Shown: piece by piece, positions 39,168 to 49,340 of the stretch
Layout: every line of letters starts with the position of its first letter
Numbering within the stretch: position 1 is the first letter of the stretch
Assembly: GCA_963835335.1 (NCBI GenBank)
Contig: CAWIFB010000014.1
Location: 773 to 64,772, forward strand
Length of the DNA stretch: 64,000 nt
Direction: 5' to 3'
From: an uncultured Chloroflexia bacterium
GTDB lineage: Bacteria; Chloroflexota; Limnocylindria; Limnocylindrales; CSP1-4
Program-made: the position numbers and the translations under genes
Notes under the pieces: model-generated
The model's input: the letters and a program-made list of their open reading frames with translations, nothing else
What the model was told of the DNA's origin: nothing
Databases searched by the model: none

Positions 39168-42100
39168 CTAGGTTGCCACGGCGGCGCCACCGGCGGCGTC
39201 CGGGCCACCCGCGGCGTCCGGGCGATCGGCGGCGTCTGGCCCACCGCGCTCGCTCCACCGACGACGGACGCCGTCGACGAGCGAGTACAGGACCGGGATC
39301 AGGAGCAGGGTCAGGAACGTCGAGCTGAACAGGCCGCCGATGACGACCGTGCCCAGCTCGGCCGCGATGATCGAGCCCTGGTTGAAGCCCGCGGCGAGCG
39401 GGATCAGCGCCAGGATCGTCGCGATCGCGGTCATCAGGATCGGCCGCACTCGCGTCCGCCCGCCCTCGATCAGCGCGTCGTGGGTGGACATTCCCTGCGC
39501 GCGCAGCCGCTCGACCAGGTCGAGCAGGACGATCGCGTTGGTGACCACGATGCCGATCAGCATCAGGAACCCGATCAGGGCGCTGACGCCGATCGGGCGG
39601 CCGGTCAGCAGCAGCGCCGGGAAGGCGCCGATCGTGGCCAGCGGCAGGCTGAACAGGATGATGAACGGCGTGATCAGCGAGTTGAACGTGAGGACCATCG
39701 CGAGGTAGACGACCAGGATCGCCACGCCCATCGAGAAGAACAGGCCGCCGAACGCCTCGTTCTGCTGCTGCGTGACGCCCGCCAGGCGGACATCGACCCC
39801 GTCGGGGATCGATCCGGCCGTTCGCAGGGCATCGATCGCCTGCTGCACCTGCTGGCTGACCTTGCCCGTGTCGGCGTCGGCGATCTCGGCGCTGATCGAT
39901 GCTGCCGGTGATTCGTCGATCCGGGTGATCGATCCCTGCGTCTCCACCTGCTCGACATCGGCGATGTCGCCCAGCGGTCGCTTGGCGGCGGTCCCGACGG
40001 GGAGCGCCCGGAGCTGCGCCAGGCTGGTCACCTGGGTCGGGTCGAGCTGGACGAACACGTCCAGCGGCCCCGGCTGGTCCGCGAGCTGGACGTGCGTGGC
40101 GACGGACCCGACCAGCGCGCCCCGGACCTCGCCGGCGACCTGCGCCGCCGTGAGCCCGACCGTGATCGCCTTGTTGGGATCGGGCCGGACCTGGATCTCG
40201 GGCGTCGCCTTGGACAGGTCGGACTTGAGGTTGAGCAGCGCGGTGTTGTCGCCGAGGGCCCCGAGGACGAGGTCGTTCACCGTGGCGACCTGCGCTGCGT
40301 CGTTGCCCGACACGATGACGTTGAGGTTGTTGGACGTGAACCCGGCGGCCTGCGACACGGCGATGTCGTAGCCGTCGGTCCTGACCGGCGCCAGCTCGTC
40401 GGCGAGCGTCTTGGAGTACGCGACGAGATCAACGTCATCGTCGAGCCGGACCGTCATCCGGGCGCTGTTGGCCGGTCGGCCGCTGAACGCAGCGGTGATC
40501 GACTGCAGACCCGAGTCCCCTTCGCCGGGGACGCTGCTCTGGACGAGTCGCACCTTGGGGTCGGCCTGGAGGATGGCCTCGGCCTGCTTGGTGCGCTCGA
40601 GCACGGCATCGGAGCTGACCCCGGCCGGCGGCGCCAGCGTGACGCTGACGATCTTCTCGGACCCGGCGTTGATGAACTGGGTCGGCAGGAGCGGCGCGAT
40701 GATGCCGGTCGACACGAACAGCAGGATCGAGATCGCGAGCACGCCGAACTTGGTCCAGCGGTTGCGCAGCGCCAGCTTGATGGACGGCGTGTACGCGCGG
40801 ATCCAGAACGAGTTCCGCGGCTCACCGTCCTGGTCGACGTTGAGCTTGACGCGGTCGATGATCAGGTAGGCGAGCACCGGCACCACGGTCAGCGCGCACA
40901 CCAGCGATGCGAGCAGCGCGAACGTGACCGTGAGCGCGAACGGCAGGAAGAACTGGCTGACCAGGCCGCCCACGAAGCCCAGCGGCAGGAACACGCCGAC
41001 CGTGGTCACCGTGGCCGCGGTGATCGCGCCGGCCACCTCGCGGGGGCCGTTGATCGCGGCCGTGAGCCGGCTCTCGCCCAGCGATCGATGGCGGTAGATG
41101 TTCTCGAGCACCACGATCGCGTCGTCGACGACCCGGCCGACGGCCACCGCGAGCCCGCCCAGGGTCATGATGTTGAGCGAGATCCCGCTGAACTGCATGA
41201 CGACGAGCGCGGTGAGCAGCGACAACGGGATGCTGACCGCGGCCACCAGCGTCGACCGCAGGCTGAACAGGAACAGGAAGATCGTGAGGACCGCGAACAG
41301 GGCCCCGGTGCCGCCCTCGCGGAGCAGACCGTCACGCGATTCGATGATGAACGTGGACAGGTCGGACACGATCGTGATCGACACGCTGGACCCGTTCCGG
41401 TCGCCGATCTCCTTGAGCTTGGCGGTGACCTCCTCGGCGACCTGGACCGTGTTCGCGGCCGACGTCTTGGACACCGACAGCGACAGGGCCGGCTGGCCGT
41501 TGGTCCGCGCGTAGCCGGTGGTCGACACGCCCGCAACCTCGACCGTGCCCAGGTCGCCGATCGTGACCAGCTTCGGGGCGGCGGGTGCCGCGGGCGCGGC
41601 CGATGCGCCCGGGGTCGTGCCGGGACCCGATGGTCCGGCAGCGGGCGTCGCGGATGCCACGCCCACGACGAGCGACCGGATCTGGTCGACGCTGGTGAAC
41701 GCGCCGATCGTGGACACCGGGATCTTCGTCCCGTCCGCCTGGATCTGGCCGGCGGGGAAGGTGAGGTTGTTGGCGCTCAGGACGCCCGAGACCTGGGATG
41801 CCGAGATCCCGTTCGCGGTGAGCTTGGCCGGGTCGAGCGTGACCAGCACGCGCTGCGTCTCGCCGCCGGTGATGTCCACGCTGGCGACGCCCTCGAGGCC
41901 GAGCAGCGCGGGGCTGATCTCCGTCTGCGCGATCCGGGCGGCATCGGCCAGCCCGTCCTCCGACGTCGCCGCGATGGACGCGATGATCACCGGCGAGGCG
42001 TTGATGTTGAGCGCGCTCACCTGCGGGGTCACGCCGCTGGGCAGGTTCGCCGCCTGGATGTTCTGCTCGATCTGCGCCCGCACCTCCTTGACGTCGGTGC

Positions 42101-42395
42101 CGTAGGAGAACTGGGCGATCACGAGCGCGATCGAGTTGGCCGACGTCGACTGGAGCGCCTCCAGCCGCGGGACGCCCGAGATCGCCCGCTCGATGGGCTT
42201 GGTCACCTGCTCGGCCACGTCCGCGGCGCCCGCGCCCGGAAGCGGTGCGATGACCGTGAGCACCGGGAACTCGATGTCGGGCAGCAGCTCCTGCTTGAGG
42301 CTGCCCCAGGCAGCCAGGCCGGAGACGAACAGGGCCGCCGCCAGCAGGAGCGTGACGCTCCGCTTGCTCACGGCGAACTCGGACAGGCGGCTCAT
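39168..42395 (-). CDS. RND (HAE/AcrB-like) efflux transporter
   Basis: The real start MSRLSEFAVSKRSVTLLLAAALF is 333 codons inside listed ORF 39168..43394 (RBS AAAGGA); 1075 aa, 12 TM helices and two large periplasmic loops; stop overlaps nothing, start overlaps the MarR stop (ATGA). Confidence 0.85.
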   Translation of the reverse strand: MSRLSEFAVSKRSVTLLLAAALFVSGLAAWGSLKQELLPDIEFPVLTVIAPLPGAGAADVAEQVTKPIERAISGVPRLEALQSTSANSIALVIAQFSYGTDVKEVRAQIEQNIQAANLPSGVTPQVSALNINASPVIIASIAATSEDGLADAARIAQTEISPALLGLEGVASVDITGGETQRVLVTLDPAKLTANGISASQVSGVLSANNLTFPAGQIQADGTKIPVSTIGAFTSVDQIRSLVVGVASATPAAGPSGPGTTPGASAAPAAPAAPKLVTIGDLGTVEVAGVSTTGYARTNGQPALSLSVSKTSAANTVQVAEEVTAKLKEIGDRNGSSVSITIVSDLSTFIIESRDGLLREGGTGALFAVLTIFLFLFSLRSTLVAAVSIPLSLLTALVVMQFSGISLNIMTLGGLAVAVGRVVDDAIVVLENIYRHRSLGESRLTAAINGPREVAGAITAATVTTVGVFLPLGFVGGLVSQFFLPFALTVTFALLASLVCALTVVPVLAYLIIDRVKLNVDQDGEPRNSFWIRAYTPSIKLALRNRWTKFGVLAISILLFVSTGIIAPLLPTQFINAGSEKIVSVTLAPPAGVSSDAVLERTKQAEAILQADPKVRLVQSSVPGEGDSGLQSITAAFSGRPANSARMTVRLDDDVDLVAYSKTLADELAPVRTDGYDIAVSQAAGFTSNNLNVIVSGNDAAQVATVNDLVLGALGDNTALLNLKSDLSKATPEIQVRPDPNKAITVGLTAAQVAGEVRGALVGSVATHVQLADQPGPLDVFVQLDPTQVTSLAQLRALPVGTAAKRPLGDIADVEQVETQGSITRIDESPAASISAEIADADTGKVSQQVQQAIDALRTAGSIPDGVDVRLAGVTQQQNEAFGGLFFSMGVAILVVYLAMVLTFNSLITPFIILFSLPLATIGAFPALLLTGRPIGVSALIGFLMLIGIVVTNAIVLLDLVERLRAQGMSTHDALIEGGRTRVRPILMTAIATILALIPLAAGFNQGSIIAAELGTVVIGGLFSSTFLTLLLIPVLYSLVDGVRRRWSERGGPDAADRPDAAGGPDAAGGAAVAT

Positions 42396-42841
42396 GAACG
42401 GTCCTTTCGGGCGGAGGGCTCGGGATCGGTCGCGTTCTGGCGTGCGGCAGCGGCGGTGAGCGCGACCAGGGAGCGGCGGACGGTGTCGAGGTCCTCGTCG
42501 GCAAGCAGCTCGAGCAGCTCTCGCATCTGGCGAGCGTTGAGCTCCCGGAACCGGTCGATGAACTCGGCGCCGGCGGGGGTGAGGCCGACGACCACCTGGC
42601 GACGATCGACCGCGTCCTCGCGGCGGTGGGCGTATCCCTGGTCGACGATGCGGTCGACCAGCCCGCTCACGGTGGACAGCGAGACGCCGAGGCGCTGCAC
42701 GAGGTCCGACATGTGGAGCTCGCCCGCCGCACCGAGCAGGTACAGCAGCTTGGCCTGCGGCATGGTCACGGTGATCTCGAGGAACTCCGGCGCGTGGCTG
42801 TCGGCCAGCTGCTGCATCAGGGCCTCGTAGCCGGAGATCAC
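42392..42841 (-). CDS. MarR-family transcriptional regulator
   Basis: Winged HTH (ELHMSDLVQRLGVSLSTVSGLVDRIVDQGYAHRREDAVDRRQV); GTG 42841 chosen so the upstream direct repeats lie in the promoter; ATG 42988 is an alternative. Confidence 0.65.
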   Translation of the reverse strand: MISGYEALMQQLADSHAPEFLEITVTMPQAKLLYLLGAAGELHMSDLVQRLGVSLSTVSGLVDRIVDQGYAHRREDAVDRRQVVVGLTPAGAEFIDRFRELNARQMRELLELLADEDLDTVRRSLVALTAAAARQNATDPEPSARKDRS

Positions 42842-42893
42842 CTCGTCGACGACGGCGGCGCGGTTGGCGTGGGTGGGGTCGATCTCGAAATTC

Positions 42894-42921
42894 CTTCGGT
42901 TGCGACGGATGCTTCGGTTGC
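42894..42921. promoter_or_regulatory. direct repeat CTTCGGTTGC x2 (period 18) between MarR and the divergent glycosylase gene; candidate MarR operator
   Basis: Two identical 10-mers read directly. Confidence 0.4.
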
Positions 42922-43028
42922 ACCGTACCAATTCGCCCTGACGATACCGCGGATCCGCGCGGGCTGCGCATAGGCCGTTCGACGGCACGGAGGTACCAGG
43001 GCCTCGCGGTCTCGCCTACCATCCGCGA

Positions 43029-44420
43029 GTGCCTTCCCAGCCCAGGTCCGTGTCCCGACCCGCCGCGCGGCGGTTTCTCGTCCTTCGCCACCTCCTCGCG
43101 CCGCCGCGGTCGCTGCCCGCCGAGCCGGCGTCGGTCATGCGCGTGGTGGACCGGCTGGGGTCCCTCCAGTTCGATCCGCTCGAGGTCGCCGGGCGGAACC
43201 ACGACCTGACGCTGCTCGCGCGCGTGGCCGGGTACCGGCGGTCGTGGACGGACGCGCTGCTGTACGACACGCGGGAGCTGTACGAGACCTACAACAAGCA
43301 GCTGTCGCTGGTGCCGACCGCGGACCTGCCGTGGTTCCGCATGACCTGGGACCAGATGCGGGTCGCCCACGAGGGCGGCGCGTTCGACGAGCACGCCACA
43401 CTCGTGGAGGAGCTGCTCGCGCGCATCCGCGAGCAGGGACCCCTGTCGTCGACGGACATTGCCCCGCGGGCATCGATCGACTGGTACTGGCGGCCGACCA
43501 ACCCCGTGCGGGCCATCCTCGAAGCCCTGGGCGAGGCCGGCATCCTGGCGATCTCACGCCGCGAGGGCAACCGCCGCATCTACGACCTCGCCGAGCGGCT
43601 GTTCCCGGCCGAGCTGCTCGCACACCGGCCGACCGAGGACGAGCAGCGCCGCCACCAGCTCCTGTCACGCTATCGCGGCAACGGGCTGCTCGGCCTCACC
43701 GGCGAGTACACGATCTGGGCGGGGTTGGGCAAGGCGCCCGTGCGATCGGCGGCGCGGGACCGGCTGATCGACGAGGGCGCGATCGTCCCGGTCGAGGTCG
43801 AGGGATTCCGCGGGCCGCGGTTCATCCTCCCCGATGAGCTGCCGCTGCTCGATGCGGCCCAGGCGGAGGTCGCCGCGGAGGCCGCCGCGGGCGGTCCGCC
43901 AATGCCGGGAGGGGTCGCGCCGGGCGTGGCGTTCCTGGCCCCGCTCGACCCGCTGGCGTGGGACCGCGACCTGCTGCTCCGGCTGTGGGACTTCGACTAC
44001 CGCTGGGAGGTGTACGTGCCGGCCGCGAAGCGGCGCTGGGGCTACTACGTGCTGCCATTGTTGTACGGGGACCGGTTCGTCGGCCGGATCGAGCCGCGGA
44101 TCGATCGCCGGACCGGCACGCTGCGCATCCTCGGGCTGTGGTGGGAAGAGGGCTTCGACCCGCTGTCCGGCGCGAACCCGGGGTTCGTCGATGCGCTCGC
44201 CGAGGCGCTCCTGGCGCACCAGGCGTTCGCGGACCTGGCGAAGGTGGCCATGCCCCGGGTCGCGCGCCACCGGGCGCTCGCAGCCGCCATCCGGGACCGG
44301 CTTGGGCCGTCGCCGCGCTCCGCCCGGTCCGGTCCGACGTCGCTGCGCTCAGTCCGGTCCGGTCCGCCGTCACCCGCGACGGGGCGGCCCGCGAGCCCGA
44401 TGCTACCCTCGCGGCGATGA
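43029..44420 (+). CDS. winged-helix DNA glycosylase-like protein, YcaQ/AlkZ family (DUF1006)
   Basis: 463 aa; SLQFDPLEV (a Q-phi-D motif as in YcaQ); the family call is from memory. Confidence 0.5.
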   Translation: MPSQPRSVSRPAARRFLVLRHLLAPPRSLPAEPASVMRVVDRLGSLQFDPLEVAGRNHDLTLLARVAGYRRSWTDALLYDTRELYETYNKQLSLVPTADLPWFRMTWDQMRVAHEGGAFDEHATLVEELLARIREQGPLSSTDIAPRASIDWYWRPTNPVRAILEALGEAGILAISRREGNRRIYDLAERLFPAELLAHRPTEDEQRRHQLLSRYRGNGLLGLTGEYTIWAGLGKAPVRSAARDRLIDEGAIVPVEVEGFRGPRFILPDELPLLDAAQAEVAAEAAAGGPPMPGGVAPGVAFLAPLDPLAWDRDLLLRLWDFDYRWEVYVPAAKRRWGYYVLPLLYGDRFVGRIEPRIDRRTGTLRILGLWWEEGFDPLSGANPGFVDALAEALLAHQAFADLAKVAMPRVARHRALAAAIRDRLGPSPRSARSGPTSLRSVRSGPPSPATGRPASPMLPSRR

Positions 44421-45643
44421 CCGTCGAGATCCGCAACGCCCAACCAGCCGAGTTCGGTGCGCTGCTGGAGGCGATGACCACGGCCTTCCTCGAGCGCCCC
44501 GACATCGAGCGGGTCGCCGGCATCCTCCGCGAGCGCTGGGATCCGGCCCGCACCTGGGGTGCGTTCGATGGCCATCGTGCCTGCGGGACGTTCCGCTCGT
44601 GGGCCACGGAGCTCACCGTCCCGGGTGGCGGGCGGCTGCCCGCAGCCGCCGTCGCGGGTGTGGCGGTGCTGCCGACCCACCGGCGGCAGGGGATCCTGAG
44701 CGCGCTCACGGCCGCGGAGCACGCAGCGATCCGGGAGCGGGGCGAGGCCGTCGGCCTGCTCTACGCGTCCGAGTACGGGATCTACGGCCGGTTCGGGTAC
44801 GGCCCCGGCTGCCGGTTGGCAACGTGGACCCTCGACGCGTCCGCGACCGGGTTCCATGGCGCGCCCACGTCCGGCGTCGAGCTGGTCACGCCGGGACCGG
44901 AGAGCCGGGACGCGATCCTGGCCGTGTTCGAGGCGTGGCGGCGGCGCCAGGCCGGCGAGATCCGCCGAAACCCGTTCCGCTGGGGCGACGAGCTGGGGTT
45001 GACGGAGTCGCCGTGGGGGCGGGCATGGAGGGGCTTCCTCGCGCTCCACCGCGACGCATCGGGCTCCGTGGACGGCTACGCCCGGTACCTCGCCGAGGAG
45101 CGCTGGGACGACCGACAGCCGCGGAACCTGCTGCGCGTCAATGACCTGCATGCCCTGACCGATGCCGCCAACCTCGCCCTGTGGCGCTTCCTTGCCGAGA
45201 CGGACCTGGTGTCCACCGTGGTGGCCCCCGGCCGCAGCCCGTCGGACCGCCTGCCGTGGCTGCTGACCAACGCCCGCGCGGCGGTCGCCTCGGGGGTCGG
45301 CGAGGGGATGTGGGTGCGCCTGTTCGACGTCGCGCGCGCGCTCGAGGCCAGGACCTACGAACGGACGGACGCGCTCGTGCTCGAGGTGATCGATGGCGAG
45401 CTCAACGTCCCGATCCGCCTCGCGCTGGATGCGTCACCCGACGGCGCCACGTGCCGGCCGACGGATCGAACGCCCGAGCTGACGCTCCCGGTGGCCGCAC
45501 TGGGCGCCGCCTATCTCGGCGGGTCGCGCCTGCGCGATGCGGTCGTCGCCACCGGCGTCGATGAGCATGTTGGTGGTGCGCTGGATCGCGCCGACGCGCT
45601 GCTCCGCTCGTCGGACGAACCGTGGTGCTCGACGTTCTTCTGA
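44417..45643 (+). CDS. Eis-like GNAT N-acetyltransferase with C-terminal SCP2-like region
   Basis: ATG overlaps the upstream stop (ATGA); 408 aa; GNAT core VAGVAVLPTHRRQGILSAL...GYGP. Confidence 0.6.
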   Translation: MTVEIRNAQPAEFGALLEAMTTAFLERPDIERVAGILRERWDPARTWGAFDGHRACGTFRSWATELTVPGGGRLPAAAVAGVAVLPTHRRQGILSALTAAEHAAIRERGEAVGLLYASEYGIYGRFGYGPGCRLATWTLDASATGFHGAPTSGVELVTPGPESRDAILAVFEAWRRRQAGEIRRNPFRWGDELGLTESPWGRAWRGFLALHRDASGSVDGYARYLAEERWDDRQPRNLLRVNDLHALTDAANLALWRFLAETDLVSTVVAPGRSPSDRLPWLLTNARAAVASGVGEGMWVRLFDVARALEARTYERTDALVLEVIDGELNVPIRLALDASPDGATCRPTDRTPELTLPVAALGAAYLGGSRLRDAVVATGVDEHVGGALDRADALLRSSDEPWCSTFF

Positions 45644-46025
45644 GCCTGATGGGGGGTCGCCCTCGGCGCGTCGCCGTGGCGGCGGGCACGTGCGGCGGGC
45701 ACGGGCGGTGCCCGCGTTCGGCCCGCGTTCGGCCTCCCCTGCCAGATGACCGCCAGGCGAGCGTTCGCCGCCGGAAGCCGGTCGGGAGCGACGCTCTCAC
45801 CGCTGCGAGCCCTGAGCGCCATGCCAGGTAACCGCCTGGCGAGCGATCGGCAGCAGGACGGAGCCTCGCGGCCCGCGAAACGCCGTGGCGCCGCACGTTT
45901 CCCGGCAGCACGGCGCCTCGGCAGTGGCGATCGTCCGCGTGCTGGACATGTGTCATGGATCGGAGGGCATCGAGGGCTCGGCGGCCGCCCGTTCGCCACC
46001 TCCGGCACTGCCTGTGCGCCCTCGA

Positions 46026-46054
46026 TTGACGGATCGCCCGGTAATTCCGATAAT
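46026..46054 (+). promoter_or_regulatory. near-consensus housekeeping promoter TTGACG-17-GATAAT about 100 nt upstream of sufB, overlapped by TAATTCC x2
   Basis: Hexamers and spacing read directly; AT-rich island in a 70% GC background. Confidence 0.5.
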
Positions 46055-46155
46055 TCCACTAGGGATTAGCCCGCAATCCACGTTCCGGCGGTCGCGGCGT
46101 TCCCGGACCACCGACACCCAGCAGCCCGCGGCGGCGCGCCGCGATCGGAGCAGCG

Positions 46156-47559
46156 ATGACCTCGACCCGCGAAATCGTCCAGGACGAACGCGACAAGTTC
46201 GCCTTCCATGACGACATCGTCTACCTGCGCGAGACGAAGCGCGGGCTGACGCGCGACACGGTCGAGGAGATCAGCCGGTTCAAGGACGAGCCTGACTGGA
46301 TGCTCCAGTTCCGCCTGCGCGCGTACGACCACTTCCTGAAGCGGAAGATGCCCACGTGGGGCGGCCGCCTCGCCGACATCGACCTCGACAAGATCGTCTA
46401 CTACCGCAAGCCGTCCGAGCGCGAGGAGAAGTCCTGGGACGATGTCCCGGACCAGATCAAGGCGACGTTCGAGAAGCTGGGCATCCCGGAGGCGGAGCGC
46501 AAGTTCCTCGCCGGCGTCGGCGCCCAGTACGACTCCGAGGTCGTGTACCACTCGGTGCGCGAGGAGCTGAGCAAGATCGGCGTCGTGTTCATGGGCACCG
46601 ACCAGGCGCTCAAGGAATACCCCGAGATCTTCCGCACCCATTTCGGCACCGTCGTCCCGCCCGAGGACAACAAGTTCGCGGCGCTCAACTCCGCCGTGTG
46701 GTCGGGTGGCAGCTTCGTCTACGTGCCCAAGGGCGTCGAGGTTCCGCTGCCGCTGCAGGCGTACTTCCGGATCAACGGCGAGAACACCGGCCAGTTCGAG
46801 CGGACGCTGATCGTCGTCGACGAGGGCGCCAAGGTCCACTACATCGAAGGCTGCACAGCGCCGATCTACGCCACGGACTCGCTTCATGCCGCGGTCGTGG
46901 AGGTCGTCGCGCTGCCGGGCTCGAAGGTCCGCTACACGACGATCCAGAACTGGTCGAACGACGTCTACAACCTGGTGACCAAGCGAGCGCACGCGCACGC
47001 CAACAGCACCGTGGAGTGGGTGGACGCGAACACCGGCTCGCGGCTGACGATGAAGTACCCGGCCATCTACCTGCGCGGCGAGGGCGCCCGGGCCGAGGTC
47101 ATCTCGGTCGCGGTCGCGGGCCGGGGCCAGCACCAGGACACCGGCGCGAAGGCGATCCACCTGGCGCCCAACACGACGTCCCGGATCGTGTCCAAGTCCG
47201 TGTCCAAGGATGGCGGGCGCGCAACGTACCGCGGCCAGCTCAAGGTGGCGCCGGGCGCGACCGGGGTGACCGCCAGCGTGCGCTGCGACGCGCTGATGCT
47301 CGACGACGAGAGCCGCAGCGACACGTACCCGTACATCGACATCCAGGAAGACGACACGACGATGACCCACGAGGCCACCGTCGGCAAGATCTCGGCCGAC
47401 CAGATCTTCTACCTGATGAGCCGCGGCCTGACCGAGAACGAGGCGCAGAACCTCGTGATCCAGGGGTTCCTCGAGGTGTTCACCAAGGAGCTCCCGATGG
47501 AGTACGCGATCGAGTTCAACCGCCTGGTCAAGCTCGAGATGGACGGGTCGCTCGGATGA
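46156..47559 (+). CDS. sufB: Fe-S cluster assembly protein SufB
   Basis: 467 aa, highly conserved SufB (FHDDIVYLRETKRG, VYHSVREELSK, GCTAPIY). Confidence 0.95.
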   Translation: MTSTREIVQDERDKFAFHDDIVYLRETKRGLTRDTVEEISRFKDEPDWMLQFRLRAYDHFLKRKMPTWGGRLADIDLDKIVYYRKPSEREEKSWDDVPDQIKATFEKLGIPEAERKFLAGVGAQYDSEVVYHSVREELSKIGVVFMGTDQALKEYPEIFRTHFGTVVPPEDNKFAALNSAVWSGGSFVYVPKGVEVPLPLQAYFRINGENTGQFERTLIVVDEGAKVHYIEGCTAPIYATDSLHAAVVEVVALPGSKVRYTTIQNWSNDVYNLVTKRAHAHANSTVEWVDANTGSRLTMKYPAIYLRGEGARAEVISVAVAGRGQHQDTGAKAIHLAPNTTSRIVSKSVSKDGGRATYRGQLKVAPGATGVTASVRCDALMLDDESRSDTYPYIDIQEDDTTMTHEATVGKISADQIFYLMSRGLTENEAQNLVIQGFLEVFTKELPMEYAIEFNRLVKLEMDGSLG

Positions 47560-48956
47560 CGGAGGTCGCGGACCCCTCGACCACCGCCGGTCGCGCCGCG
47601 AGGCCGCGCCGGCGGGGACCGGCGGACCTGCCGTTCTCGTTCATCACCCGCGAGCTGGTCGACTCGCTCGCCGACGCGCATGACGAGCCCGGCTGGCTGC
47701 GCGAGGACCGCCTCGCGGCCCTCGCGGCGTTCGAGGAGCTGGCGGTCGAGAGCAACCGGCTGTACACGCCGTACCTGGACCTGCGCGCAGCGGCGCTCGA
47801 CGATGCGGCGCCGTACGAGCAGGCCGCAGCGGCCGACGCCGCCAGCGCCGCCGGGATCCCCGCTGACGTCGCCGGGCTGCTCGAGCTCAACGAGACCGAT
47901 GTCGCCATGGCCGCGTTGTCGGACGAGGCCCGCGCGGCCGGCGTCCGCCTGTGCACCCTGGGCGAGCTCGTGCGCACCGACGATGCGCTCGCGCGCGAGC
48001 TCCTCGCCGGCGGCGCCCTCCTCCCTGTCGACGAGAAGCTCGCGCAGCTGTCGCGCGCCGCGTGGGCGCAGGGTGCCGTCGTCCTGGTCCCGGCCGGCGT
48101 CCGCCTCGAGCAGCCGGTCGTCCTGCGCTGGGTCGTGGGCGCACCGCGCACGCTCATCGCGCGCACGCTGATCGTGCTCGGCGACGGCGCGGAGGCGTCC
48201 GTTGTGGAGGAGCTGGTCGCCTCGGACGGGGTCGTGGCCGGGGCCCAGGCGCTGCTCTCGAGCACCACCGAGATCCGGCTGGGGGCACACGCGCGGCTTG
48301 CGATGGCCAGCCTCCAGGAGCTCGGCCCGGATCATGTCCTGTTCCAGCAGCGCCGCGCAGAGCTGGGCGAGGCCGCGGACCTGCGCTGGGCGCTCGCGCA
48401 GCTGGGCGGCCGCCTGGTCAGATCGCGGGTGGACAACGTGCTGGCCGGCGACCGGAGCGTCGTCGAGCAGGCCGAGATCGTGTTCGGTGCCGGCGAGCAG
48501 CTCCACGACCTCACCTCGTACACGCGGCACATCGGTCGCGACACCACGGGCCAGCTGCTGTCGAAGGGCGCCCTCATGGACCGCTCGCGGAGCTTCATGA
48601 AGGGCCTGATCACGATCGAGAGGTCGGCGGTCGGGACCGACAGCTTCCTCGGCGAGTTCGGGATGAACCTGTCGAAGTCGGCGCGTGCCGTGGCCATCCC
48701 GTCGCTCGAGATCGACCAGCCGGACTGCCGGCGCGCGGCCCACTCGTCCTCGGTGGGCCCGATCGACGAGACCCAGCTGTTCTACCTCGAGAGCCGCGGG
48801 ATCCCGCCCGACGAGGCGCGGAAGTTCATCGTCCTCGGGTTCCTCGAGCCGGTCGTCGCCCGCGTCCCGCTCGCGGACGCGCAGGAGCGGCTCCGCGACG
48901 CCCTCGAGGCGAAGTGGACGTCGGGCTTCGGCGCCGGCGCGACGACCGCAGCCTGA
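47556..48956 (+). CDS. sufD: Fe-S cluster assembly protein SufD
   Basis: ATG overlaps the sufB stop; 466 aa; SufD C-terminal beta-helix region. Confidence 0.85.
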   Translation: MTEVADPSTTAGRAARPRRRGPADLPFSFITRELVDSLADAHDEPGWLREDRLAALAAFEELAVESNRLYTPYLDLRAAALDDAAPYEQAAAADAASAAGIPADVAGLLELNETDVAMAALSDEARAAGVRLCTLGELVRTDDALARELLAGGALLPVDEKLAQLSRAAWAQGAVVLVPAGVRLEQPVVLRWVVGAPRTLIARTLIVLGDGAEASVVEELVASDGVVAGAQALLSSTTEIRLGAHARLAMASLQELGPDHVLFQQRRAELGEAADLRWALAQLGGRLVRSRVDNVLAGDRSVVEQAEIVFGAGEQLHDLTSYTRHIGRDTTGQLLSKGALMDRSRSFMKGLITIERSAVGTDSFLGEFGMNLSKSARAVAIPSLEIDQPDCRRAAHSSSVGPIDETQLFYLESRGIPPDEARKFIVLGFLEPVVARVPLADAQERLRDALEAKWTSGFGAGATTAA

Positions 48957-48987
48957 TCCCGGAGCGTGCCCGCGTCATGATGCTCGC

Positions 48988-49332
48988 GTGAGCCGGCGGA
49001 TCGACCTCATCGGCGTCGACGAGCTCGCCGAGGGCGAGATGCGGATGGTCTGGGTCGACCAGAGCGATCCGGTGCTCGTGGTGCACGTCAACGGCGAGTT
49101 CCACGCGCTCCAGGGCACCTGCTCGCACGAGTACTTCGAGCTCGACCGGGGCTTCCTGACCGCCGGCACGCTCACCTGCGCGCTCCACCTGTCGCGGTTC
49201 GACCTGACCGACGGCGAGGCGCTCGATCCGCCGGCCGAGCTGCCACTGGCCGTCTACCCGGTCGTCGTCGACGACGGCCGCGTCCTGATCGAGGTGGGCG
49301 ACGGGCCGCTCGAGGTCAACGAGGACGCCTGA
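48988..49332 (+). CDS. Rieske [2Fe-2S] ferredoxin-like protein (suf-associated)
   Basis: GTG start; CSHEYFEL...CALHLSRF Rieske ligands. Confidence 0.75.
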   Translation: MSRRIDLIGVDELAEGEMRMVWVDQSDPVLVVHVNGEFHALQGTCSHEYFELDRGFLTAGTLTCALHLSRFDLTDGEALDPPAELPLAVYPVVVDDGRVLIEVGDGPLEVNEDA

Positions 49333-49340
49333 CCGATCCC

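Noticed and set aside
38928-43394. ORF 40092..42830(+), 38928..39911(+) and the N-terminal 333 codons of 39168..43394(-)
   Set aside because: The plus ORFs are antisense to the RND pump. The pump's real start is the internal MSRLSEF Met with an RBS, and the extension would run through MarR
46066-48743. ORFs 46066..47370(-), 46356..48956 N-terminal part, 47409..48743(-)
   Set aside because: They are antisense or alternate frame to the sufB and sufD genes
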